DNA of 32,000 nucleotides from Anaerolineae bacterium (GTDB lineage Bacteria; Chloroflexota; Anaerolineae; Anaerolineales; Anaerolineaceae). This document shows, piece by piece, positions 1 through 9,045 of the stretch (position 1 is its first letter; every line of letters begins with the position of its first letter). The DNA lies in contig JABLWW010000006.1 in the NCBI GenBank assembly GCA_013178295.1, positions 58,141-90,140 of the forward strand, given 5' to 3'. The notes beneath the pieces are model-generated. The model searched no databases and was not told the DNA's origin. It saw only the letters and a list, made by a program, of their open reading frames with translations. Position numbers and translations under genes: made by a program.

Positions 1-105
1 CCCACTTTGGGCAACGCACTGTATTACACCCTGCTCAAAAGCTGGGAGTTTCCGCCGTTGCACGAAACGTACTATTTGTATCAAGTCATCAGCGATGCAA
101 CTTAA
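1..105 (+). CDS. 3' end of an unidentified CDS truncated by the window edge (tail ...LLKSWEFPPLHETYYLYQVISDAT*)
   Basis: Frame 1 is open from nt 1 to TAA at 103-105. That stop lies 3 nt before the MBOAT start, suggesting co-transcription. No motif recognised. Confidence 0.4.
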   Translation, partial: PTLGNALYYTLLKSWEFPPLHETYYLYQVISDAT

Positions 106-108
106 GCC

Positions 109-1554
109 ATGAGCATCATCTCCGTCGGCTTTGCGCTCTTCACCTGTGTTGTGCTGCTGCTATATTACATATTGCCGCATCGCCAGCAAAATTATCTGCT
201 GCTGGCAGCCTCATTGCTGTTTCTCTCTTTCTGGTCATATCAGGTTGTGATGATATTTGTTTTCTTGACGCTGGCGAATTATCTGGTGGCGCGCCGTGTG
301 CGCCAGGAAGACAACAAACATGCGCGTGTGTTTCTGTGGATTGGGATAGCGCTTAACCTTTTTTCGCTGGCGTATCTCAAATATAACGACTTTTTCTTCC
401 CGTATGTTGCCTACTACCTGAGAAAAACCGGCGTTGCGTTTAGTCTGGAAGGTTTAAAGCTCCTTCTGCCGGTTGGTTTGTCGTTTTATGTGGTGCAGGC
501 AGTTGCATATTTGCTGGATATCTTCAAAGGGGTTGCCCGTCCGGTTGCCAGCCTGGCGGATTTTGCCCTCTTCATGTTGTACTTCCCTAAGCTGATTTCT
601 GGTCCAATTGAGCGCAGCAGAGACCTGATGCCGAAGCTTGAATCGCCGCGCGTTGTAAACTGGGGCTGTTTAGAACGCAGCTTTAGTTTGATAGTTGTAG
701 GTTTGGTGCGCAAACTGGTGATTGCAGATGGGTTGTTTTTATTATTTCCCGAAAGGACATTTATTGAACCGCAGCGTTTTAGCGCACCCCATTTGATGTC
801 TTCCGTCCTGTTTTATGCGTTTATGATCTACAACGATTTTGCTGGTTATACCAGCATTGTGCGCGGTATCAGCGGTTTGTTGGGCATCGAACTTTCTCAT
901 AATTTTAACACCCCGTATTTTTCTCGAAACTTCACCGAATTCTGGCAGCGCTGGCATATCACACTTTCAAATTGGCTGCGCGATTATATATTTATGCCGT
1001 TGACCCGCGGCTTACTGCGTCGAGGTTTTGACAGCCGCCATCCGCTTACCCTGATCCTGCCTCCGTTTGTAACCATGTTTGTCAGCGCGCTGTGGCACAA
1101 TGCAAGCGGGGGAATGTTACTGTGGGGTGGTTTGCATGCGCTCTGTCAGGTAATTGAACGCCTGTTTGCCTTATGGAGGAAGAAAGGGATGCAGCATTTT
1201 CCCGCTCGTTGGCAGCAAAGCCTGGCGATACTGCTGGTGTTTGCTTTAACCGTGCTGGCATGGGTGCCGTTCCGTATGGAAATTCCCATAGCGCTGCAAT
1301 TCTACAAGGAGGTGTTTCGCTTTTCCCTCTCTGGCGAAATGTCCATACCTGCTTTGGTCATGTGGATCAGCCTGTTTTTGGTAGCTCTCTCACTGATGAT
1401 CGATTTGCCGCAGTATCGTCGCGGCGAATCGGTGTTTGTTCAACAGCCGCCCCTGGTCAAAGCGGCGTTGATCAACATCGCCATTGTCCTTCTGACAATT
1501 GGAATCGCAGCCCATCTTAAGGCGCCGCCTCCTTTTATTTATCAGGCGTTCTAG
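109..1554 (+). CDS. Membrane-bound O-acyltransferase (MBOAT family, AlgI/DltB/PatA-like)
   Basis: 481-aa polytopic ORF. MBOAT hallmark blocks 'FWQRWHITLSNWLRDYIFMPL' and 'SALWHNAS' are present, including the conserved His. Confidence 0.85.
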   Translation: MSIISVGFALFTCVVLLLYYILPHRQQNYLLLAASLLFLSFWSYQVVMIFVFLTLANYLVARRVRQEDNKHARVFLWIGIALNLFSLAYLKYNDFFFPYVAYYLRKTGVAFSLEGLKLLLPVGLSFYVVQAVAYLLDIFKGVARPVASLADFALFMLYFPKLISGPIERSRDLMPKLESPRVVNWGCLERSFSLIVVGLVRKLVIADGLFLLFPERTFIEPQRFSAPHLMSSVLFYAFMIYNDFAGYTSIVRGISGLLGIELSHNFNTPYFSRNFTEFWQRWHITLSNWLRDYIFMPLTRGLLRRGFDSRHPLTLILPPFVTMFVSALWHNASGGMLLWGGLHALCQVIERLFALWRKKGMQHFPARWQQSLAILLVFALTVLAWVPFRMEIPIALQFYKEVFRFSLSGEMSIPALVMWISLFLVALSLMIDLPQYRRGESVFVQQPPLVKAALINIAIVLLTIGIAAHLKAPPPFIYQAF

Positions 1555-1582
1555 TCAAAACGCGGTACAATAAGCCGTCATC

Positions 1583-2767
1583 ATGCCGCGTTCAACTTTT
1601 ATTCGTCAGGTGTTGCTGTTTGCGCTGATACGGGTGGTGGTTCACACCGGTCTGCGCATGGTGCATCCCTTTCTTCCGGCAATTGGGCGGGGGTTAGGGG
1701 TAAATCTGGCTTCTATGGCGCTGGTGGTATCCATTTCTATGCTGGCGGGCATGATAGGCCCATTCTTTGCGCCGCTGGCGGATCGCTTGGGGCGCCGCGT
1801 GGGCATGATACTTGGCTTGATCGCTTATATTGCCGGTATGCTGCTGGTGGTGGTCATCCCCACCTATTCTGGTTTTTTGGTTGCATTGCTGCTGGCAGGG
1901 GCAGGCAGCGCGGTTTTTGTCACGGCGACTCAGGCTTACACGGGTGATGTTGTCCCCTATGAAACGCGCGGCAGGGTGATGTCGCTCATTGAGTATAGCT
2001 GGGGGTTAAGTTTTATCATCGGGATGCCAATCGTCGGGTTGATTATTGACCGGTTGGGGTGGCGGGCGCCTTTTCCGCTTTTTGCCGCTTTGACTTTGTT
2101 GGGTCTGTTGTTCATTTACTTCCGCGTTCCTGATACCCGTCTAACCGTATCACAAACGGAAAAAGGCAGCTTGTGGAATGGGTTGCGCACGGTGCTTGTA
2201 TTTCCCCCTGCCTTGTTTGCGGTGCTGATGGGCTTGACCTCTGGGGCTGGCAATGAGATCGTGGTTGTGGTGTTTGGCGCATGGCTTGAAGACGTCTTTG
2301 CGCTTGAGGTGGTGGTGCTTGGGGCGGTTTCCATTGTTATTGGTCTGTCTGAAATTGGCGGCGAAACTCTGGCAGCCTGGCTTGTTGATCGTTTGGGAAA
2401 AGAGAAGTCCATCGCGCTGGGGTTGTTGGTCAACAGCATGACGGTGGTTCTTTTGCCCGTGATGAGCAAAACGCTGCTGGGCGGTCTGGTATGGTTGTTT
2501 ATCTTCTTCATTTCATTTGAGTTCTCGATGGTCAGTTCACTGCCGCTGATGAGCGAGTTGTACCCCCACGGGCGTGCTACTTTGATAGGCGTGTATATTG
2601 CTTCGTGGACTTTTGGACGGGCTTTGGGTGCTCTTGCCGGCCCACTGTTGTATGCGTATGGTTTCTGGCTTAATGTCTTGATTTGTTCAGTTCTGGATTT
2701 GCTGGCTGTGCTGGCACTGAGCCGGATTCGTCTTCAACCGGTTTTGCGCCAGAGCAATGTGGAATAA
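1583..2767 (+). CDS. MFS transporter (paralogue A)
   Basis: 394 aa, about 12 hydrophobic helices. The loop 'TQAYTGDVVPYETRG' is shared with the next gene. Confidence 0.85.
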   Translation: MPRSTFIRQVLLFALIRVVVHTGLRMVHPFLPAIGRGLGVNLASMALVVSISMLAGMIGPFFAPLADRLGRRVGMILGLIAYIAGMLLVVVIPTYSGFLVALLLAGAGSAVFVTATQAYTGDVVPYETRGRVMSLIEYSWGLSFIIGMPIVGLIIDRLGWRAPFPLFAALTLLGLLFIYFRVPDTRLTVSQTEKGSLWNGLRTVLVFPPALFAVLMGLTSGAGNEIVVVVFGAWLEDVFALEVVVLGAVSIVIGLSEIGGETLAAWLVDRLGKEKSIALGLLVNSMTVVLLPVMSKTLLGGLVWLFIFFISFEFSMVSSLPLMSELYPHGRATLIGVYIASWTFGRALGALAGPLLYAYGFWLNVLICSVLDLLAVLALSRIRLQPVLRQSNVE

Positions 2768-3950
2768 ATTACTATTTGCTATGAGAAAAGACGCACGCAA
2801 TCCCCAGACGGTCGTCTTTATGTACGGACGTATGGTGGTTAACATCAACACACGCATGGTGTATCCCTTTCTCTCGACCTTTGCACGCGGGTTGGGGGTG
2901 GATATGACTGCTATCTCTCATGTTGTAACCGTAAGGGCGTTGCTGGGTGCTGTCAGTCCGTTCCTGGCGCAGATTGCCGAGCAGCGCGGTCGAAAGACAG
3001 GCATTTTGCTGGGGATGGGGTTGTACCTAATCAGTGTCAGCATGGTTTTTGCTGTTCCACTGTACACGGTTTTTTTCCTCTCACAAATCGTGGGGACGCT
3101 TGGTTTTTATTTATACATGAGTTCGACACAGGCTTATCTTGGCGACCAGGTGCCCTATCAGAAACGCGGTACAGCAATGGCGATGTTTGAATTGGGCTGG
3201 CCGCTGGCTTTTATCTTTGGCATGCCGATGGTCAGCTTCTGGATGGGGCGGTATGGCTGGCTTGGCCCATATCCGGCTTTGATTCTTCTAGGCGTGATAG
3301 CGCTGGCCTTGTTGCTGCGTTTTATCCCGCGCGATCCACACGAGGGGCGATCAGCTATCTCTGTCTGGAAAAATTTTGGTCAGGTTGTATCTTCCCCGAT
3401 GGCGCTGACGGCCTTGCTGCTCAGCTTCTCTTTTTCTGTTGCCAACGAGGTGGTTAATCTGGTATTTGGTGTATGGCTTGAATCATCCTTTGGCATTAAG
3501 TTGATAGCGCTGGGGGCTGCTTCTGCAGTGATTGGTTTGGCGGAGTTCGGTGGCGATTCGCTCAGCGCTACTGTCGCAGACCGGCTTGGCAAGCGACGTG
3601 TGGTACGCTTTGGCATGATCCTGAATGGGTTGGTCGCTCTGTCGTTACCATGGATGGGGCAGAAGCTTTGGGGCGCCATCATTGGGTTGTTCTTGTTCTA
3701 TATCACTTTTGAGTTTTCTGTCACCAGCAGTATGCCCATGATCAGTGAGCTGCTGCCAAGTGCCCGGGCGACTTTGCTGGGCGCAAACACTGCCGCCTAT
3801 TCGTTGGGCAGGGCTTGCGGTGCACTGCTGGCGCCGTGGTTGTATGCGCTGGGTTTTCATGCCAATGTGGTTGTCGCCGCTTTCATGGTGATGGTCTCTC
3901 TTTTGGCGCTGAGCAGAATCAGAATAAAAATTCCTGAACCTGTGATGTGA
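2757..3950 (+). CDS. MFS transporter (paralogue B)
   Basis: 397 aa with the same helix layout and blocks as paralogue A ('TQAYLGDQVPYQKRG', 'GMPMV..GW..P'). Overlaps the upstream stop by 11 nt. ATG 2781 is an alternative start. Confidence 0.8.
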   Translation: MWNKLLFAMRKDARNPQTVVFMYGRMVVNINTRMVYPFLSTFARGLGVDMTAISHVVTVRALLGAVSPFLAQIAEQRGRKTGILLGMGLYLISVSMVFAVPLYTVFFLSQIVGTLGFYLYMSSTQAYLGDQVPYQKRGTAMAMFELGWPLAFIFGMPMVSFWMGRYGWLGPYPALILLGVIALALLLRFIPRDPHEGRSAISVWKNFGQVVSSPMALTALLLSFSFSVANEVVNLVFGVWLESSFGIKLIALGAASAVIGLAEFGGDSLSATVADRLGKRRVVRFGMILNGLVALSLPWMGQKLWGAIIGLFLFYITFEFSVTSSMPMISELLPSARATLLGANTAAYSLGRACGALLAPWLYALGFHANVVVAAFMVMVSLLALSRIRIKIPEPVM

Positions 3951-3960
3951 AGGTTGAAAA

Positions 3961-4767
3961 ATGAGCACATATCCGCAGTTGAACGAGTTGATCGAACTTG
4001 CCCGGCGCGCAGGCGAAATTTTACGCGCGCACTTTGGGAAGGAGATTGAAATTCGGCACAAGGGGCCCGTTGATCTGGTTACCGAAGCAGACCATCGTTC
4101 TGAGGAGTTTCTGATAGCTGCCATTCAGGAGCGTTATCCGCAGCATAAAATCATTACAGAAGAGTCAGGTCTGCTAGAAGGCAATCCACAGCATTGCTGG
4201 TATATTGACCCGCTGGACGGGACGATGAATTATGCGCATGGTGTGCCCCTCTTTGCCGTTTCGCTGGCGTATGTGGAGCAAGACTGCCCAAAGCTGGGAG
4301 TTGTGTATGATCCTATTCACAATGAATGTTTCAGCGCTGAACGGGGGAAGGGGGCTTACCTTAACCAGCAACGTATCCACGTTTCGACAGTGTCAAAACT
4401 GGAAAGCAGCCTTCTGGTAACCGGGTTTTTGCACAGCTATCGCGCAAAGCAGATTGCCAATCTCGAATATTTCAGGCGCTTTCTTCTGGTTGCTCAGGGG
4501 ATTCGGCGCTTTGGGTCTGCGGCGTTGGATTTGTGTTATGTTGCCGCCGGGCGGTTGGATGGATATTGGGAGATTGGCATTGCGCCATGGGATATCGCGG
4601 CTGGTGCGTTGATTGTGGAGGAGGCAGGGGGCAGGGTAACAAATATCAATGGGGATACAAACTACTTTCGACCGCCTTTTGATCTCCTTGCGGCAAATCC
4701 AAACCTGCATTTTGAAATGCGCGCTGTGCTGACGGGCGAGGCAGGCGCCACTCTTGTTGCACTTTGA
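3961..4767 (+). CDS. Inositol monophosphatase family protein (SuhB/IMPase-like)
   Basis: Motifs 'WYIDPLDGTMNYAHG' and 'AALDLCYVAAGRLDGYWE' are typical of the IMPase/SuhB family. Confidence 0.9.
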   Translation: MSTYPQLNELIELARRAGEILRAHFGKEIEIRHKGPVDLVTEADHRSEEFLIAAIQERYPQHKIITEESGLLEGNPQHCWYIDPLDGTMNYAHGVPLFAVSLAYVEQDCPKLGVVYDPIHNECFSAERGKGAYLNQQRIHVSTVSKLESSLLVTGFLHSYRAKQIANLEYFRRFLLVAQGIRRFGSAALDLCYVAAGRLDGYWEIGIAPWDIAAGALIVEEAGGRVTNINGDTNYFRPPFDLLAANPNLHFEMRAVLTGEAGATLVAL

Positions 4768-4960
4768 TGAAGCATATTGACGGGCCAGCGAAATTGCTTG
4801 ATGGTTATGTGTCTTCGCTGACGTAACTGTCGCAAAGCTGGTGGGTTTTGCCTTAAGTATAAAAAGCCAGCATATCTGGCGATCTTAATCGTTCAATTGC
4901 CCTGGCAGTGGCGGTTGAAAAGTCGCCGACCATTTTTGGGACAAAGACTAAAACTGCCTA

Positions 4961-4988
4961 TTGCATTTTGCCAAAAATATGCTACAAT
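4961..4988 (+). promoter_or_regulatory. Sigma70-type promoter candidate for the CUT2 ABC/catabolic operon
   Basis: -35 TTGCAT (4961-4966), 16-nt spacer, extended -10 TGcTACAAT (4980-4988). It is about 130 nt upstream of the first gene. Confidence 0.55.
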
Positions 4989-5040
4989 GTTCACAAGTAA
5001 TGAACGTTCTTTTTTTATGAACGTTCTAATTTCGTGAACA
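4988..5040. promoter_or_regulatory. Operator-like repeat array starting at the last base of the -10 hexamer and extending downstream
   Basis: TGTTCAC (4988-4994) and its reverse complement GTGAACA (5034-5040) bracket two identical 11-mers ATGAACGTTCT (5000-5010, 5017-5027). Each 11-mer contains the palindrome GAACGTTC. Confidence 0.55.
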
Positions 5041-5118
5041 ATCTAAATATCCCAATAGTAAGGTAACAACTTATCGTCAATCCCGTTCGATACAAAACGC
5101 ATTGGAGGAAAAAATCCA

Positions 5119-6690
5119 TTGTCCGAGCGAATAGAACAAATTCGACATGTACCCCAACCACTGGGGGCGGTTATGCCTCGTCTTTCTGTCCAACATGTAA
5201 CCAAAATCTTCCCCGGTGTCGTTGCCCTGGATGATGTCTCATTTGAGGTGCTGCCAGGTGAAATCCACGCCATGGTAGGGGAGAATGGCGCCGGAAAATC
5301 AACTTTGATGCACATCATTGCCGGAGTGCACTCCCCTGATAGGGGAGAAATGACCCTGGACGGGCTACCATATTTGCCTGAAGATGAGAAAGCCGCCCAA
5401 AAAGCCGGGATTGCCATGGTCTTTCAGGAGGGCAGTTTGTTTCCCCCATTGAGCATCGCCGAGAATATCTTTGCCGGGCGTCAGCCGGTAAAACCCGGCG
5501 GCAGGATTGATTTTTCTACCATGCGCACCCAATCCAGAGAATTGCTACGCGATCTAGGGGTAGATTTGAACCCTTCGACCCCTGTGGCTGACCTTTCTCC
5601 CAGCCAGCGCCAGCTTGTGGAAATTGCCAAGGCACTATCACAAAAAGTGCGTTTGCTGATCCTTGACGAGCCGACATCTTCGCTGACCATCAGTGAAGCG
5701 CGGCATCTTTTCGATGTGCTCCGTCATCTGGCAGAGCGCGGGGTGGCAATCATCTATGTCAGCCATCGTCTCGCTGAGGTTTTTGAAATTGCCCATAGGG
5801 TAACCGTGCTCAAGGATGGCAAGGTTACTGGGGTACGTCAGATTGGAATGACCACGCCAGATGAGTTGATTAGCTTGGAGGTGGGTCGCGAGCTTTCGTT
5901 TGATCCGGATACAGCCCGCGCTCCTGCCAATGCGCCGTTAATCCTGGAAGTTGAAAATCTGGTAGCCCCACCGGTAAAGCATGCTTCGCTCAAAGTGCGC
6001 GCCGGGGAAATCGTTTGTCTGGCAGGGTTAGTCGGCGCCGGGCGCACCGAACTATGCGAGGCTATTTTTGGCGTTCGCCAGCGGACTACCGGGAAGGTGT
6101 GCATCGAGGGTGTAGAAATTTTTCCCAAACATGCTATGGAAGCCATGCAGGCAGGTATTGGCATGGTACCCGAAGACCGTCGTGAAGCCGGTCTGTTTCT
6201 GGCAATGAGCATTGCCGCCAATGTTACTGTTGGCAATCTGGAAAAGGTCAGCAAAGGTGCCGTCATTATCAACAAAGAGGTTGAACGTCTGGCAAAGGAC
6301 TCAGTGGAAAGGCTCAAAATTGTCACACCTGGGATCGATCGCGAGGTGATGTTCCTCAGCGGTGGCAATCAGCAAAAAGTGCTTTTGGCGCGCTGGCTGG
6401 CGCGCAAACCCAAATTGCTCATTGTGGATGAACCCACACGCGGTGTGGACGTGGGCGCCAAAGCGGACCTTTACGCCATTTTGCGCAATCTGGCAAAAGA
6501 GGGGGTTGCCCTGCTAGTAGTCTCATCAGACTTACCCGAAGTGCTCGCTCTGGCGCACCGCATTGTAGTGATGTCCGAAGGTGTTACCGTGGGCGAGCTG
6601 GATGCCAGACAGGCAGACGAGATTACCATCCTTCAGATGGCAACGCCAAAGAGCAACTCTTTTGAGCAAAATCAGGCGGCGAGAGCATGA
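5119..6690 (+). CDS. Sugar ABC transporter ATP-binding protein, duplicated cassette (CUT2; RbsA/MglA/XylG-like)
   Basis: Walker A 'GENGAGKST' and 'GLVGAGRTE'. Signatures 'LSPSQRQ' and 'LSGGNQQK'. Walker B 'LLILDEPT' and 'LLIVDEPT'. The TTG start at 5119 has GGAGG at 5104-5108; ATG 5173 (MPRLSVQHV...) is an alternative. Confidence 0.92.
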   Translation: MSERIEQIRHVPQPLGAVMPRLSVQHVTKIFPGVVALDDVSFEVLPGEIHAMVGENGAGKSTLMHIIAGVHSPDRGEMTLDGLPYLPEDEKAAQKAGIAMVFQEGSLFPPLSIAENIFAGRQPVKPGGRIDFSTMRTQSRELLRDLGVDLNPSTPVADLSPSQRQLVEIAKALSQKVRLLILDEPTSSLTISEARHLFDVLRHLAERGVAIIYVSHRLAEVFEIAHRVTVLKDGKVTGVRQIGMTTPDELISLEVGRELSFDPDTARAPANAPLILEVENLVAPPVKHASLKVRAGEIVCLAGLVGAGRTELCEAIFGVRQRTTGKVCIEGVEIFPKHAMEAMQAGIGMVPEDRREAGLFLAMSIAANVTVGNLEKVSKGAVIINKEVERLAKDSVERLKIVTPGIDREVMFLSGGNQQKVLLARWLARKPKLLIVDEPTRGVDVGAKADLYAILRNLAKEGVALLVVSSDLPEVLALAHRIVVMSEGVTVGELDARQADEITILQMATPKSNSFEQNQAARA

Positions 6691-7706
6691 CAGACAAAAA
6701 ATCAGGTACAGGAGAGACGGAGACGCAGAAGATGAAAAAACAAACCGAAAAATGGAGCATCAACTATTTGGCAAAACGCATTGCATACGACCGACCATTA
6801 CTGCTGGTTACACTGATCCTGATCATCTCAATTTTCATGACAATTAAACACCCAGAGGCTTTTCCGCACTGGGATAATTTTGCTGCGGTTCTTCTGGACA
6901 CAGCACAGGCGGGTATCCTCACTGTGGGGATGATGATTCTGCTGGTAGGGGGTGTGTTTGACCTTTCCATCGGTTCCACGCTGGCATTTGCCGGGATTGT
7001 AGCAGGCGTTGTTGTCAAAGATGCCGGGGCGCCGCCGTTAATCGCTTTTTTGGCAGGAATGCTCACTGGGCTGATCGTGGGTGTGATCAACGGGCTAATC
7101 ATTACCCGTTTTCGTATCAATGCCCTGATCACCACACTGGCGATGCAAGGCATTTTGCGCGGTGTGACGCAGATAGTTTCTCCGGCCGGGGTTGCCAACC
7201 TGCCGCATGGGTTCAAACCCTTCGGGCAAACCATGTTTCTTGGGTTACAGTCACCATTTTGGATCATGATCATCATTGCTTTAGCTGGCTGGTTTGCCAT
7301 GAGCCGCATGCGCTTTTTCCGTCAGTTTTACTACATCGGCAGCAACTCCAAGGCTGCTGCGCTTTCCGGAATTAAGGTTGAACGTCTGACCTTGGTGGGG
7401 TTTGCCTTGATGGGGTTGCTCGCTGGTCTGGCTGGGACGTTGTTAGCTTCACGTCTGAGCAATGCTGTTGTCCTCGCCGGGAGCGGTGTTGAGCTACGCA
7501 CGATCACCGCTGCTATCTTGGGCGGTGCCAGCCTTTCTGGCGGCGTTGGCACTATCCCCGGCGCGTTCCTCGGCGTGCTGTTTATGTCATTGATTCAGAA
7601 CATGTTGATCATCACCCGGGTACCGGTATTCTGGCAGAGCATCGTGGTAGGCATCATTCTTCTGGTTGCTATTGGTATTGATCAACTCGGTCGTAGCCGA
7701 CGGTGA
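6687..7706 (+). CDS. Sugar ABC transporter permease (RbsC/BPD_transp_2-like)
   Basis: 339 aa polytopic protein with Gly-rich helices typical of CUT2 permeases. ATGA overlap with the ATPase stop. Confidence 0.88.
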   Translation: MTDKKSGTGETETQKMKKQTEKWSINYLAKRIAYDRPLLLVTLILIISIFMTIKHPEAFPHWDNFAAVLLDTAQAGILTVGMMILLVGGVFDLSIGSTLAFAGIVAGVVVKDAGAPPLIAFLAGMLTGLIVGVINGLIITRFRINALITTLAMQGILRGVTQIVSPAGVANLPHGFKPFGQTMFLGLQSPFWIMIIIALAGWFAMSRMRFFRQFYYIGSNSKAAALSGIKVERLTLVGFALMGLLAGLAGTLLASRLSNAVVLAGSGVELRTITAAILGGASLSGGVGTIPGAFLGVLFMSLIQNMLIITRVPVFWQSIVVGIILLVAIGIDQLGRSRR

Positions 7707-7844
7707 TCTTCAGAAAGGAGGGAAAAATTTAGATAGAGACGGTGATTCATCAAAACAGAAAGCGTAGACGACACAGCTCACATGTCACAGAAACCCTGCT
7801 GAAAGAGTTCTGAAAAGAAAAAGTACTTAGTTACGACGAAAGGA

Positions 7845-8921
7845 ATGGATCAAGAGATGAAAAGCAAACGTGTATGGCAAATAGTTTCGTTGCTTATAGT
7901 GGTTCTGTTTTCGTTTGGTGCCTGTGCTCCCAAGCCAGCCGAGCCCGCCGCCCCAGCTGGCGGCGCATCGGTGGGAAAAATAGGCAGCCCCGAACGCGCC
8001 ACACAGGAGTATGTATGGATTTCTAACTATTCCAACCTACCACTGTTTGTAGAGCGCGTCTATCCAGCGCTGGATGCTTTTGCCCGTGATTTTGGTGTGG
8101 TGGTGCGCAAGGCTGGTCCAACCACTGATGATCTGGCGGCTTACATCGCCACAGTTGAGACCGAATGTGCCCGCAAGCCAGCTGGTATCATTGTTGTCGG
8201 TGGGTGGGATCAATCGTTACAGGAACCGGTCAACAAGTGTATTGACATGAAAGTTCCAACGGTGGTTACTGATGGTGATTTGCCCAATTCGCGCCGCCTG
8301 AGCTATGTAGGCACCAACTGGTACAATCTGGGCGTTACGATGGCAAAATTCCAGATTGATGCCCACAAAGAAAAAGGGCTGGCTACCGGCAAGGTAGCTG
8401 TCCTTTCTCCCATCCAGATGCAGAACATGCAGGAAGCCCGTCAGGGAATCAAGGACACATTAGCTGGCACTGGCATCGAAGTGGTGGCAGAAGAAGATAA
8501 CGAGTCGAATGCCTCCATTGCCGCGCAGAAAATGGCGGCCATTCTTGCCGCCAATAAGGACCTGACTGGCGTCTTTGGTCTGGATTCAGAATCTCCTCCA
8601 GGCATTGTCGCTGCGCTGGATGAAGCTGGCAAAACCGGTCAACTGATCGTTACCGTCAACGAAGCCGGGCTGGATTTCTTCAACAACATCAAAGAGGGCA
8701 AGGTGAACCTGATCACCATCGAGAAATACGATGTGATGGAATACATGGCGCTCACCATGCTCTACATGTGGCACAATGACGCTATCCGACCCGCCGGTTT
8801 GGACCCGTGGACCAGCAACTGGATGCCCAACAAAATCGACTCAGGCTTGCTACTGGTGAACAAGGATAATGTGGATGAGGTGATCAAGTACTACACCGAA
8901 GCGGCAAAGAAATCTCAGTAA
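7845..8921 (+). CDS. Sugar ABC transporter substrate-binding lipoprotein (type I PBP, RbsB-like)
   Basis: Signal peptide with lipobox 'LFSFGAC' followed by a short Pro/Ala tether. Size and composition fit Peripla_BP-type monosaccharide binders. ATG 7857 (MKSKR...) is an equally plausible start. Confidence 0.85.
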   Translation: MDQEMKSKRVWQIVSLLIVVLFSFGACAPKPAEPAAPAGGASVGKIGSPERATQEYVWISNYSNLPLFVERVYPALDAFARDFGVVVRKAGPTTDDLAAYIATVETECARKPAGIIVVGGWDQSLQEPVNKCIDMKVPTVVTDGDLPNSRRLSYVGTNWYNLGVTMAKFQIDAHKEKGLATGKVAVLSPIQMQNMQEARQGIKDTLAGTGIEVVAEEDNESNASIAAQKMAAILAANKDLTGVFGLDSESPPGIVAALDEAGKTGQLIVTVNEAGLDFFNNIKEGKVNLITIEKYDVMEYMALTMLYMWHNDAIRPAGLDPWTSNWMPNKIDSGLLLVNKDNVDEVIKYYTEAAKKSQ

Positions 8922-8933
8922 AAATAAGCCAAA

Positions 8934-8967
8934 AGACCTGACAGGCTGTATAAAACCTGTCAGGTCT
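8934..8967 (+). terminator. Perfect 12-bp stem-loop after the binding-protein gene (partial terminator or mRNA stabiliser)
   Basis: AGACCTGACAGG (8934-8945), 10-nt loop, CCTGTCAGGTCT (8956-8967). It sits 13 nt after the stop. There is no U-tract on the + strand. Confidence 0.5.
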
Positions 8968-9045
8968 AAACATAGGGAGTAGGTTTTCAGCCTATCAGCC
9001 ATTGGACAGGTTTCTCGTCTGCCAAAACGAAAGGAAGTTGCTGTT

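Noticed and set aside
1566-1583. TACAAT 11 nt upstream of the first MFS start, as a possible near-leaderless promoter
   Set aside because: No acceptable -35 lies at 16-18 nt spacing (CAGGCG). The gene is more simply read as co-transcribed with the MBOAT gene.
7714-7813. Strong SD-like AAAGGAGGG after the permease stop, and a 23-codon GTG ORF (VIHQNRKRRRHSSHVTETLLKEF)
   Set aside because: No start codon lies at proper spacing from the SD (the GTG is about 20 nt away). The peptide is short and highly basic with no support, so this is probably just intergenic sequence.
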